Source of the DNA: Amoebophrya sp. A120
Lineage: Eukaryota > Protista > Dinoflagellata
Length of the DNA: 64,000 nt
Direction of reading: 5' to 3'
Assembly: GCA_905178155.1 (NCBI GenBank)
Contig: CAJINV010000009.1
Coordinates: 186,001 to 250,000, forward strand
Of the stretch, positions 13,090 to 25,000 are shown one piece after another. Each line of letters starts with the position of its first letter. The stretch's first letter is position 1. Position numbers and translations under genes: made by a program. The notes under the pieces are model-generated. The model was not told the origin of the DNA. It searched no databases and saw nothing but the letters and a program-made list of their open reading frames with translations.

Positions 13090-16000
13090 ATGAGCAATCT
13101 GAACGCAAATGCGTCCGAGTTCGTGCCTGGCACCAGTGCCGGCACAGCAAGTCGGGGTCCACCAGCTAACGCTAATGCAGCTGGGACGACATTCTACATA
13201 AATCCGGGCGCTGCAGGTACTGCGTTGTGTTTTCGTGTAGTCGGATGTATGGTAGGTTTTTTTGCTGCAAATAAAAACAAGCAACATCGCCACCATGTTG
13301 CTTATGCGAGCAAGAGGACTTTATTGTCTGTATTCCACTCTTACCACAGAAGTTGGCAATTTGCTGCAAGATGAAATCAAGCTAGCGTCGAAGGACAGTC
13401 CACGTAAGTATCTCATCGCAAGATATAAATTTCTAAAAAAATCACAGCAACAGGCGCTGCCGGGGGCCAAGCCGCGGCTCTGGCTGCGCCGCAAGGGTTG
13501 ATTCCGCTCGGGAGTGCAAATCCCAGTCCAGTACGTGGCCCGGTACAACTTAATATGACGCAGTTGACGAATGTGAGCAATGCTGTGGCTGGACAACAAC
13601 AGCAGCAACAAGCTGTACAGGGGCTGCGGGTTGAGGACAACAAAATTTACCTCCCCCCAGAGAGGCTGAAAGACCTGAATGGCGAGCAACTTAAACTGTT
13701 GATGAGCGGACTTAATAGAGGAAACGACACGTCGCATATCTCGTCGGGACAGCACTTCGGAGCAGGTGGTCAGCAACTGCAAGGCCAAAATCAGGTGTCA
13801 CTTAACCAGCTCACCGTAGCAGCTTTGCAAGACCCAAGTTTTGTCGAGATGTACGCTAAACACGTTGCGCAGAAAGCGGACCAGCAGGGACAGATTGCGG
13901 GCTCGAGAACAGCGTCTGGCGTCGCGGGTGCAGCCTTGTCTGGGTCGTCTCAACTTATCAATGCAGGGGGCGTGAACCTATCAGTGCAGCAGCTGCAGCA
14001 CATGATCAATAGCGGTCAACAAGTGCAGATTATTCCCGCTTCGTCGAGCAGCCCCGCACCGCAGCCACAGGAGCAAAACAGGAGCAAAATGCAAATGGAA
14101 TTGCAAAAGCAAATTTGGAAGCAATTAGCCGATCAGGGTGTAACTGCTGCAGAAGGGCAGGCAGAAAGGCAGACGCCAAAAACACTACTGGTCCCGATGC
14201 CAAAGGACGCGCTACCGCAGAACGTGCAATACATCGTAACAAGAACAAGTGACACGCCTGGCGGAGCATCTTCGGGGGCCGCCGCACTAGCATCGTCCGG
14301 GCAGACCAGCTACACGAGTTCCGGGCATCATCATGGCGCCGGAGCGCAATTCAACCCCCAGAACAACAACAACGGGATATCCGAAGGACAAACGTTCCCA
14401 CCTCCCCATAGCCAAGATGGCAGTTTGCTGCACATGCTCAGAAGTTTCAGCTGTTTCGCATTAGTAATGCGAAACACTACAAGATGATTGATCTCCGATG
14501 CGACTGCACGACTAGCTAACCACGACAACTACACTAAAGACCACAAGTTGTAATGATTACAACTTGTGGTCTTTAGTGTAGTTGTCGTGGTTAGCTAGTC
14601 GTGCAGTCGCATCGGAGATCAATCATCTTCTCCTGTTTAGAGTATGGCAAATTCGTCCTAGGTAACTTTAGATAGAAAATGCTGTTGATTATGGGGCTGC
14701 GTAGGACAATGAAACTTCTTTAGGCATGCGCATTTGCGTGCAAATATGGGGCGGGTACGTTTTTACTGAGGACACGGGGGTCTGCAACACTTCGGCGGGA
14801 AGAATTCGCAGTACAGCAAGAATAACACGAGTACCTCTAATGTCGGAAATAATTCCCGCGGCGCCGTAATTCCCCCGGAAAGCTTGTTGTTGCAACAGCC
14901 ACAGCGAAATTCCAATGCTTCTAATTCCGGTGGGCCACAAGCCGGAATGAACCTGAATAATCAACAGCAGAGAGCAAACAATTTCCAGCAACCTGGACGT
15001 CCTATTGTGCGCGTTGGTGCGGATAAACCGCCGCGCGCTCCGGGAAGCGGGCAACAAAGTAGCAATTCGTGGGAAGACGACGCGACCGGGTATGAGAACA
15101 AGGGTCTCCGTTACAAAGGAGGGTACAGCCACGACATGTCCCAGGGCAGCAAGCGCGGGGCGCCCGCTGCTCGGCATCCGTACATCGTGCGTGTGCCATC
15201 TCATGGGGCGTCCGCTGCGCCCGGTCTCAGCATTAGCACCGAGAATAGTAATCCAGCCGCTTTGTCCGGGAATAACAGCAGTACGCAGGGGACACCCCAG
15301 CAATACCCAGCGGGCACAGGCTCCAAGGGGGTGGGAAAGAAGGGGAAGTCTAGCGGGTCCGACGTCGGATCTGCGCACAGCGGCCGATATCATGGTGCGG
15401 ACCACGCGGGTTACTATGGCGCGTATGGCCAGCAAGGGCCGCATTCCGGATGGAGTTCCGGTATAGGATACATATTGTTGATTTCTCGTGATTTTCTACT
15501 TTGAATTTCATTTAATCGATGAACTTCTACCGGATCAGTGTACGCATCTACGGTTGCATGATACCAAAGTCTTTACATGTGTCACGGAAGTGCTATTTTT
15601 GCAGTCTTTTTTGCTGAGGCTTATGCCGAGACGTAGCTTTAACCACTACGACAATGGATTCATGGAATGAAAGAATCGATGGTCGGAATAAACAGGAGAT
15701 GGCTACGATGCGAAGGGGAGCAGCAAGGGAAACAACGCTGAGAAAGGCGGCCAGCAACAGCACCACATGTCGAACGGCTACGCTTCCGGCGCGTACGGAA
15801 CATCGGCGGAAAATAGTATGAAGGGAGCCGTAGCGGGCGGAAAGAACCCGCAGGGGTACGGTGGCGCTTCCGCTGGAGCTAAGGGCACAAAGCAAACGAC
15901 GACAGTTTTTCTGGAGAGCAGCGGCTGGGTGCAACAGAACCAAGGTGGCGCATATGTTCCCTACGGCACTAACGCGGGTGCCACCAAAGGTGCATTTCTG

Positions 16001-19000
16001 ATGTTTTTTACTGGTTTTTTTACTATTGTTTCCTCTGTACTACTGAAACGCGGGCACGCACACGCGCCTCTGGGTACTACTTTTGGCTTTTCTTTGTTGC
16101 TAGTTGGTTCCGATTGATATACTAAACGTGAAAAAAAAAGCTCTTGATCTTTCCTCACAGGTAGCAAGGCTCCTGGGGACAGTGGATACAGCCAGTATGG
16201 TTCGAAAATGCCCGGCGCGAAGGGCGGCTACAAAGAAGGAAAACAGGACAACAGCTATGGAAAAGGACAGCATACCAAAGAAAACAACGCCCAATCTGCG
16301 GCCACCCCGCAGGCTGCAACTACGGATGATTGGCTCGCCAGGCGACATGCCATGCCGCAAGACACCGCTGCTGTAAAAAAACCTCTGAAGAAGGAAAAGG
16401 CCGACAGTTCTGAAAAAACCGGCGAAGGTACAACAGCGGAGAAGGGGCCCGTGGACAAGGAAAGTGCAGCGAGTGTTTCGCCCGGAACAGAGGAGAAACG
16501 ACAGCAGGCGCTGCAGGAACAGCTGTCCGCCGAAATTACCACCACCGACATCGCGGCGCTGGCGCCCGAGCAAGCGGCCCCCACCACAACTACCGCGGCG
16601 GCCACCGGCGAGGTCCACACGAGCGCCAAATCCTCCAAGGAGAGCGCCGGCGGCAAGAACGTCATCGTGGAATCCGGCGGCACCGGAGGTGCGCAATCAG
16701 ACGAGGGGGGCTCGGTCAAGATGAATGGGTGGAAACAGATGGAAGAGCAACAGTCCAGTGTCAGTGAGGAGGACGCCACTGGTATGATGTGATCTTCTCA
16801 ACCGACTGATGTTTGCTGTCTGATAATTCCCTTGAATGTGTTGAATCTACGTCTGGTTTCCGCATAGTGCTATTATACACTGCAAAGTAGGATGAAGTTG
16901 TACTACGCTTATAGACTAGCACTGCTCCTCCGTCTGCTGCTGCAAACAGTGCATAGGTTCTTCTTGATAAAAGGTGCTATGGTTTTTGTCTACCGCACGC
17001 AAATGAAAATTATGGTGCCGTCTAAATCATGGTCGAACTGCTTTTTTTTCGATTCAGGTGGCGACCCCACAAAGCTGCAGGCCGAAGACTATTACGTGCC
17101 CGCGACCAATCCCTTTGGCGCCGCCGCCCCAGCGGCGGAAAACGAAACCGAGAAGAAGACCGGATCTTCAACTCTGGTCCTTTCCCGGCTCGCGGAACGC
17201 AAGAAGTTGGCTGAAAAGGAGGAAAAAGAGAAGAAGGAGAAGCAGCAAGCCGAGCAGCACTGGAACCAGCAGTGGACGGAGCAGCAGTGGAACAGTTGGT
17301 ATGGGGGTCAGGGATACAACGGCTACTATTACAACCAAGGATATGGCGCTGCCCCGGCAGGTGCGAAGGGCCAGTACCAGCAAGGGAAGCCGGCTAAGGG
17401 CAAGGGGAAAGAAAAGGGAGTACCGAAAGCGAAGCCGCCCGCCGCACCTGCAGTAGTGAACTTAAAATTTTTTCGTTAATTTTGGTTGCGTGTCGAATCA
17501 TGAATAAATGTCAAAGAAAAAAACTGAAAATTATTGGGAATTAGCTTTCTGACGTCCGTTGTAATCATTGAAATACTGCGTGTCGTGTATGAACAACTTA
17601 GAACTTGTTCAACTTGATGTTTTCTTGTGTACAACTACAGGGTGCTGCTTCGGCCGCCGCGGCCCCGGTCGTGGAGACGGCGAAGGCAAAGCAAGCGTCT
17701 AAGCGAAATTGGGCCGACGACGCGGACGTCGACGACCCGTCGAAGTTGGACGAATTGGTCGACGCGGAGCCGGATGCCACCACCTCAACAAACACCAAGG
17801 CTGACACCACAACGGCGAAACCCGAAAAATCCGCGAGCGCGAAACCGCCCGCGGCGCCCAGTCCGACCGAGAGCACGGTGCACCAGGCCATCAGCACGGG
17901 AACTACCAAAGCGTCGAAGAAGGGTGGGCAGCAAAATCAGCAGCAGGCCAGCAGCACCACGTCCACGACGCCAGTGGCAGCGGATTCCGGTGAGAGCAGT
18001 AACACGGCCGCGCACAAGGACAAAGAGCACGCGGCCAACAGCAAATGGGCGAGTGCAGGCAGCAAGCAGCATCTGCACAAGGGCGAGCACAGCGGCGGCG
18101 CGCACCACAAGGGCAACTACAACAAACCCTCGCATCCGACGCCACACCAGACGTCTCTCTTGGACTTCCTGCCCGAGCAAGTCAAGGCCGTGAAGCCAGA
18201 GACTCCGAATGCGCAGAAGGGCAACGGAAAGTAATTTTGTTGTTATTTTCTAGAAGCAGGTTTTGGGTTCTTCTCCTCGTACGAGCGACACACGAGGATC
18301 TTGCAGAATATGAATGTATTCATCATCAAGAATGCCATGCTTTACTACATTCCTGCTGTGAACGCGAGACCGTTGACAGTGATTGTTTTTTCTTTTCGTC
18401 GTCGTCGTCGGATCTCCCCCCTCGTCGTCGTCCGCCGCTCGCCGGGTGCGGAGATCCGACGTGGCAACGCGGAGGGGGACCTCGGCGAGCCGGCTGCTCC
18501 GGCAGCGAAAGGGGGGAACCTCTTGTCCACCCGGCCGGGTGGACAAGAGGTTCCCCGCGGCCCTCTTTTTTTATTTTGTTACCCCGCTCTTACGAAAAAA
18601 ATCGCATGTTCTGGCACTCGTATCTCGTTCGTGCATCCACTCTGCATTTATTGATGCTAGACGACGTAGTCGTAGACTTAGCTGGAAGTGCCGTAGCCGG
18701 AAGCCCGAGAAGAGACTGGTCCACACTGATGAATCTAACACCACAGGGCCCCGAAGACAAAGAAGGAGAAAGCCGATGCCGCGAAAGCGCAGCCTGGCGA
18801 GAAGCCGTTGAAGATCGAGGACCAGGATTCGTTCCCGTCGCTCGGTGCCGCTACCAAGGAAACGCCGAAGAAGGAGATCAGCGGAACGACTTCCGAGGAG
18901 AAGAAAGCCACGCCCGCATGGGGCGGCAAGAAGAACGCGACCCTCACTTCTTCCTCCTCCTCCGCGTCTTCTTCCACCGAGGCTTTGCAGCAACCAACCG

Positions 19001-22000
19001 CGGTTACCGTGACCGCGCCGCAGGCCAATAACTCGAGCAAGCGCATCCCCCCACCCTCGGCGCCGAAGCAGCCGACGACCGTGGTTGCCGCTGCTGCAGC
19101 TGCAGGTCCGGCGCCGACCGTCGTGGCGACCTCCTCTTCTACTTCGCGCGTGCTGCCCCCGCCGCCGGCGTCGGCACCGCCGGCAGAAAACGAGCAGGTC
19201 GCAGGGAACAAGATGTCATACGGTGCCGCCGTGGCGTCCAGCGGTTCCAAGTCCGCGGAACAACAGACCGTGGACCTGATCCCCATCACGACAAGCAAAT
19301 CCGTTGCCGAGGACCCGGTGATTCCGGCTCCCCTCGCCGCGCCCCGCCGAGTGCCGCCGCACCAGAGCGAATCCGAGCCGCCGTCGGGCGACAGCCACAG
19401 CACTTCGGGGGTGGCCAACACGGTGGACCACCACACCGCAAAGCAGGATGCTCTGGTGGTGCCCAAGCCTTTACGCGTGGAGCTGCCGTCGACCGAAAAT
19501 GACCTCGAGTCGGCGACCACGGCTGGTGCATTGACAACAGCAAACAATCAGCAAGGTATGGAAGTAGATACCACGGCATCATCAACCATCTCGACCGCGG
19601 GCCTGGCGACCACGTCCAGTATGACGCCGGCCGCCGGGCACCATTTGGTGCCGACCAATCCGGAACTGCTGAGCGGGAAAAATGCCGCTGCGTCCTCCCT
19701 CGTCGGGCGGGAGCAAAACAAGCCGGCGGCGCCGCAGGCGGTTGGCGGTTTTGTCGTGGCGAAGAAGGCGACAACAGAGGAGGAAAAAACGGAGAAGGTC
19801 GTCGAGGACGAGTGGGTGACCGTGGACACGAAGGCGAAGAAGGGAAAGACCAAGAACAAGACTACGACGCCGAACCAGCTGCAGACTGAGTCTCTGGTTT
19901 CCAGTCCGGCCGCAGCCACTACCCCGAAACAGGTGCTCGCGCAGCAGTCGGTTGCCGCCCCAGCGGTCACCAGAAGCACGGCAGTCAGCACGTCCGCTAC
20001 CACCGGCGCATCGAGTTCCCCGTCGCCAAGGCACGCGTTCGCTCCGGCAGGGAGGGTAGCAGGAGAAATAAAGCCCGCGACGTCCTCAAAAGCCAGTGCA
20101 GAAGTGGAGGCTGTCGTTCCTGCGGCGCAGAATAAAGAGAACAGCGCCTCCAAAGAGGAAGGACAACCCGCGGCGGCGTCGTGGGCCAGTCGCTTGAGTC
20201 AAAACAAGAAGGCGGAACAGAGTCCCAGTGTGACGACGATGAATACGGATGCGACCCCCGTTACCACGACAACAGCAACCGCGAATTTTGTCGCGCCGGC
20301 ACCAGTCAGCAAACTCTCCGGTGCGGTGCGTGCACCGTGGGCGCCCAAGGTCGCGGAGGCCACGAAGCCAATCGTCAGTGCGGTGTCCGCGAGTGCAGGT
20401 AGTAGTTCTCAACAACACCAAACCTCCGGCCCATCCACGCCGCCGAATGAAGCGACTAAGCCTGTGCAGGCTGCGACGCCCCTGGCAACCAAAGTCGATC
20501 CTATGCTCCCCAGCCCCGTGGAGAGTATTCGCACGAATCCCAGCAGCAACATCGAGGTAGAGAGCAGCAGCGTGGTGGCGGCGAACAAGGTAGGAACAGG
20601 CAGCGAAAAGATCGTAGTGGAAACCGGTTTCACGGAGAAGATCGGAGCAGTTGCAAGTACCTCCACCGTCGCAACGACTTCGGCAGGAACGTCAGCGGCT
20701 ACGTCGGTTACCGGTGCGGCAACTACGGTGACCGATGCTCTTTCTGGTGCACCAGCTACGGGTAGTAGTAAAACGTCCTCGACGGCCGAGGCAGCGAAGC
20801 CAGTTCTTCCAGCGTCATCGGCGAAAACCGTGACGGCCAGTCCGTCTCCTGCGCCGAACGCCAAACTGCCGTCTGGCCAGGTGATCGGCGGCAAGAGTTA
20901 CGCACCCTGGGCAAAGAAAGAAGCGATCAAAGTCGAGCCCGTGAAGCCGGTGCTTCCAGCTCCAGTTCCAACAACGGCGGGTGTAAATCATGTCGAGGAG
21001 CCAGCGGCTATCGCTGCTGCTGGTACATCAACTGCAAAGGCAGCAGCTAGCAGTACGTCGAGCACGAGCAAACCGGCGGAGCAAGCAGTCGCCGAACTTC
21101 TTCCGATTGACGACGACACGGAATCTAGAATACAGGGCGTGACCCTGTTCGAAGACGACAATTCTTCCAGCAAAAATTATGGATGTGTCAGAGTTGAAAT
21201 TGACAAAGTTGAAATAATTTGTCATGCATAAAGTGGATGGCAGTTGGAACCCAGTATCCAAGTGGCGCGTGACAAATTTCGGCGGTCCCTAAATCCAGTT
21301 AAATGCTGTTTAGGCAAAGAAGAGTGATTTTCTCATGCTACTTTAGCAGCTCGAGCTGTAACCCCAAACAGGCTTACAATCGGCCTCACTTGCCTGCTCT
21401 GCAACACACATACCTCGGGTCATGCATTTTATGCATTACAGATTATTTCAACTTTGAGGATCTGAAACCTGACGCTTCCATAAAAATGACGGCACGTCCA
21501 CCGTCGCGGAGGACTACAGTGTTACCATATCAAATGCAAAAATGTCTGGGTCTGGAAGGATGCAACTTGTGATGCTACCTTTGGACTCTACATAAAATCT
21601 GTATTGCATGAACAGCAAAAGAGGTGTAATTTGTGCTACGCGGAGAGGGCATTTCTCATGCGATATGAGCATCAGGGACCCCTCGCAAAATCTCTGATAC
21701 TAGGGCATGCATCACAGACCTCATGGGTCATGCAAAATCTGCATGACAAACTCCTGCATTCTTCCAGACCCAGACATTTTTGCAATCCATATACCAACAG
21801 GGACAGCCATTTGGAAAAGAAAAAGCGAGGAAGTCGGCGGGACAGCCAGCGCGGGCGCAGTCGCGCGAGCTCTTCCACCAACATTGAGGCAGGCGCGGCG
21901 GACAAGGACGGAAAATTCAACACCGTTCCGAACAGCGCTGCGCCGACGCCGAGTTCCAGTGCGAGCTCTGCTGGAGGCCGCGAACGCGGGATGAGCAAGA

Positions 22001-25000
22001 AGGACGAGGCGGCCATGCTGTTGCAGCAGAAGAGGCTCGATGAGGAACGGAAGAAGGAACAGGAACGGCTTCGCAAACTGGAGGAAGAGAGAGTAAAGGC
22101 GTTGAAGCCCGACAACTTTCCCTCACTAGGAGGGGCAAAGCCCGTCGTTGCGACGGAGAAAAAACCGCAGGGCTTGTGGGGGCAGAAGAAGGTATTAGCA
22201 AGTTCATGATCTTCTTTAGTACCTGGCCTTTGTACGGTTACGGTACAGAAGTTATTCTCCCTGAAGATTTCAATGATATGACAATGAGATAGTACAAAAC
22301 AGTACTAACAACTTCTTATCTTTCACTGTCACCTACATACGACTAGAACCAAATGTAAATCTTCGCCGCCCCTCCATTGACCATATGCAAATTTCGTGTC
22401 TTTTCAATTTCATCAGGATTGGACGAGGTTAGACGAGGACAAAGCCGAACGGGAGAAGCAGGAAGCCGCCCGGAAGGCCGAGGAAGAAGAAAAACGCAGA
22501 CAGGAGGAAGAAGCTAAGCGATTAGAGGAAGAGAAACGACTTGCAGAAGAACGGTATTTTTGCATTGATTCTAACTATTGCTGGGGTCTTGATCATGTTC
22601 ATGTCTCAATTCCATCTTCCAGGTCAACATGATTCATTTCACTTTTTTCTCGTCAAGCTCAAAGAAGAAGATGTTTACGCCAGAAGAAATTAATAATGGT
22701 CTGCCCTGCCCAGATCGGACTCGCGATCGCAAAGGTTTGTTTCGATTCGCGGGTGAACGAGAACAAACAAAGGATGAAAATGAAACTGCAAGAATGGCAC
22801 GTTTTCAAATTTCTGATACGAAACGACACCACAGGCGCGTGAAGCGTGAGGAGGAGGAGAGACTACGAAAAGAGGAGGAAGACAGGCTAGCGAAGGAGGA
22901 ATTCGAGAGGCTAGAACGGGAGAAGGCGGCGCTGAAGCTGAAGCAAGAGCACGAAGAAAAGGTGCGACGGGAAAAGGAGGAGGCCGAGCGGAAACGGCAG
23001 GAGGAACTCCGGAAACAGCGGGAGCTCGAGGAGGCGGAAAGGAGAAAAGAGGCCGAGAAGAGGCGACTCGAGGACGAAAAGCTTGAAGCCGAAGCTCTGG
23101 AGCTGAAGCGCCTTGACGAGGAGCGCGAGCAGCGGCTCCGCGAACTGGAACTGCAGCGCGAACAGGAACGGAAAGCGAAGGAGGCGGAACTGGAGCGGAA
23201 AAACCGCGAGGCGCAGGAGCTACTCGAGAAGAAACAGAAGGAAGAGGCGGACAAACTACGCTTAGTCGAGGAAGAGGAGGAAAAATACGAGCAAAACAAG
23301 AAGCGACTGAAGGCCGTCGAGAAAAAATTGAAGAAAATCGAAATGAACGAAAAGTCGGAGAACATCACGGCGGAGATGCAGCAAGCCATCGACGGAAAAG
23401 ACGCCTTGCTGGAAGAGACAAAAGTCCTCGAGGAGCAGATTGTGGAGCACGAAAAGAAGTTCAGCAAGAGCCCAACGATTGGCATCACGGGCCTGCGCTC
23501 CAAGCCCACGGTGGAGGGCAACCGGGAGGCAACTTACACGAGGGCAGACATCCTGGCCTTGCGCCCGGCAATCGGGGACATGGAGGACAAGTCCGGTGCG
23601 GTGCTCGTGCCCCACGCAAGAATGCCGTTGAACAGTACTATCTATAGAAGGCGTTGATTTATTGTTCATTTTGTTTTATTTGACGTTTTTCATGTTGATA
23701 TCGAGGCAGTCACTGGCAAAGAGAGCACTTCGAGAAATTATTGCGGTACTTAGACGCGTACTACACCTACGCGTAGATAGTGCATGATCTATCATTCAAC
23801 AACTACACGACCACAGACAACTCCGGGCCGATGAAGAATGGCAGTATGAATAAGCAGGGTGGTAACAATTACGAAAACAACCGGAATTCCAATCACGGCA
23901 AGGGCGGTTCGAACCACCCCAGCAACAACAACTTTCGACGGAACGACTCCTCTAGCGAGGCGCTGCAGGACTGCTGGCGCCCACCGGCGGTGCAATTGAA
24001 GTTGGGCGAGAACAGCTGGGCGCTGAGTAACAAAAAGAGAAAGGACCAGGACACGACTGCAGAGAGCGACGAGGACGCGGAAGTGCACAGGAAGTTGAAG
24101 AGTATTTAACGACCTCACTTGATGTTATTTGTCAAACTAGCAAAGCCAGCTTCGCCTGGAAGTAGGCATTAGAAATAACGCAAATGTCAGTTAGCATCAT
24201 CGACATCTAGATAACAAATCAAAAAGAAAAAAGCGCCGGCCCCAAAACAAGGCCGCGGCGCGCCCAATGTGGTCGTCGCGGCTCCGGCGCGCCCAGATTG
24301 GTCGCTCCATTTCCGGCGCGCCCAGTCTGGTCGTCCCGGCTCCGGCGCGCCCAGAGTGGTCGCCCCAGCTCCGGCGCGCCCAGAGTGGTCGCCCCGGCTT
24401 CGGCGCGCCCAATCTCATCAACCCGGCGCCGAACGGCCGTTGGACAACTTCTGGCAGTCCGACGGCCGTCGGACGACTCTGGGTTGTCCGACGGCCGTCG
24501 GACGAGTTTCGGCTGTCCTACGGCCGCCGGACGACTTTCGGTTGTCCGACGGCCGTCGGACGACTTTTGGTTGTCCGACGGCCGTCGGACAATTTTTGGC
24601 CGTCGGACGACTTTTGGCCGTCCGACGGCCGTCGGACAACTTTCGGCTGTCCGACGGCCGTCGGACAACTTCTGGCCGTCCGACGGCCGTCGGACGACTT
24701 TTGGCTGTCCGACGGCCGTCGGACAACTTTTGGCCGTCCGACGGCCGTCGGACGACTTTTGGCTGTCCGACGGGCGTCGGACGACTTTGGGTTGTCCGAC
24801 GGCCGTCGGACAATTTTTGGCCGTCGGACAACTTTTGGTTGTCCGACGGCCGGCGGACAACTTCTGGCCGTCCGACGGCCGTCGGACGACACTTGAAGTC
24901 GAAACTAAAACTCAAACTCCAAGTTGATTCTAAATCTCAAACTCGAAGTCGAAACTGAAGCTCAAACTTCAAGTTGATTCTGAAACTCGAAGTCGAAACT

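Noticed and set aside
18441-18512. SRP RNA-like start (GCCGGGTGCGG)
   Set aside because: The similarity does not extend into Alu or S-domain motifs.
21303-21572. Apparent small paralogous ORFs (also 35265-35549, 35551-35928, 5685-6170, 56677-56862)
   Set aside because: The similarity comes from translating introner copies. There are no transposase motifs and the elements are too short to be autonomous.
24257-24890. CRISPR-like array of palindromic repeats
   Set aside because: The linkers are only ~11 nt and nearly identical rather than unique spacers. No cas genes are present and the context is a eukaryotic intron.
24197-24958. Overlapping 120-230 aa ORFs in several frames on both strands
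   Set aside because: These are artefacts of the stop-free GC-rich tandem repeat inside an intron.
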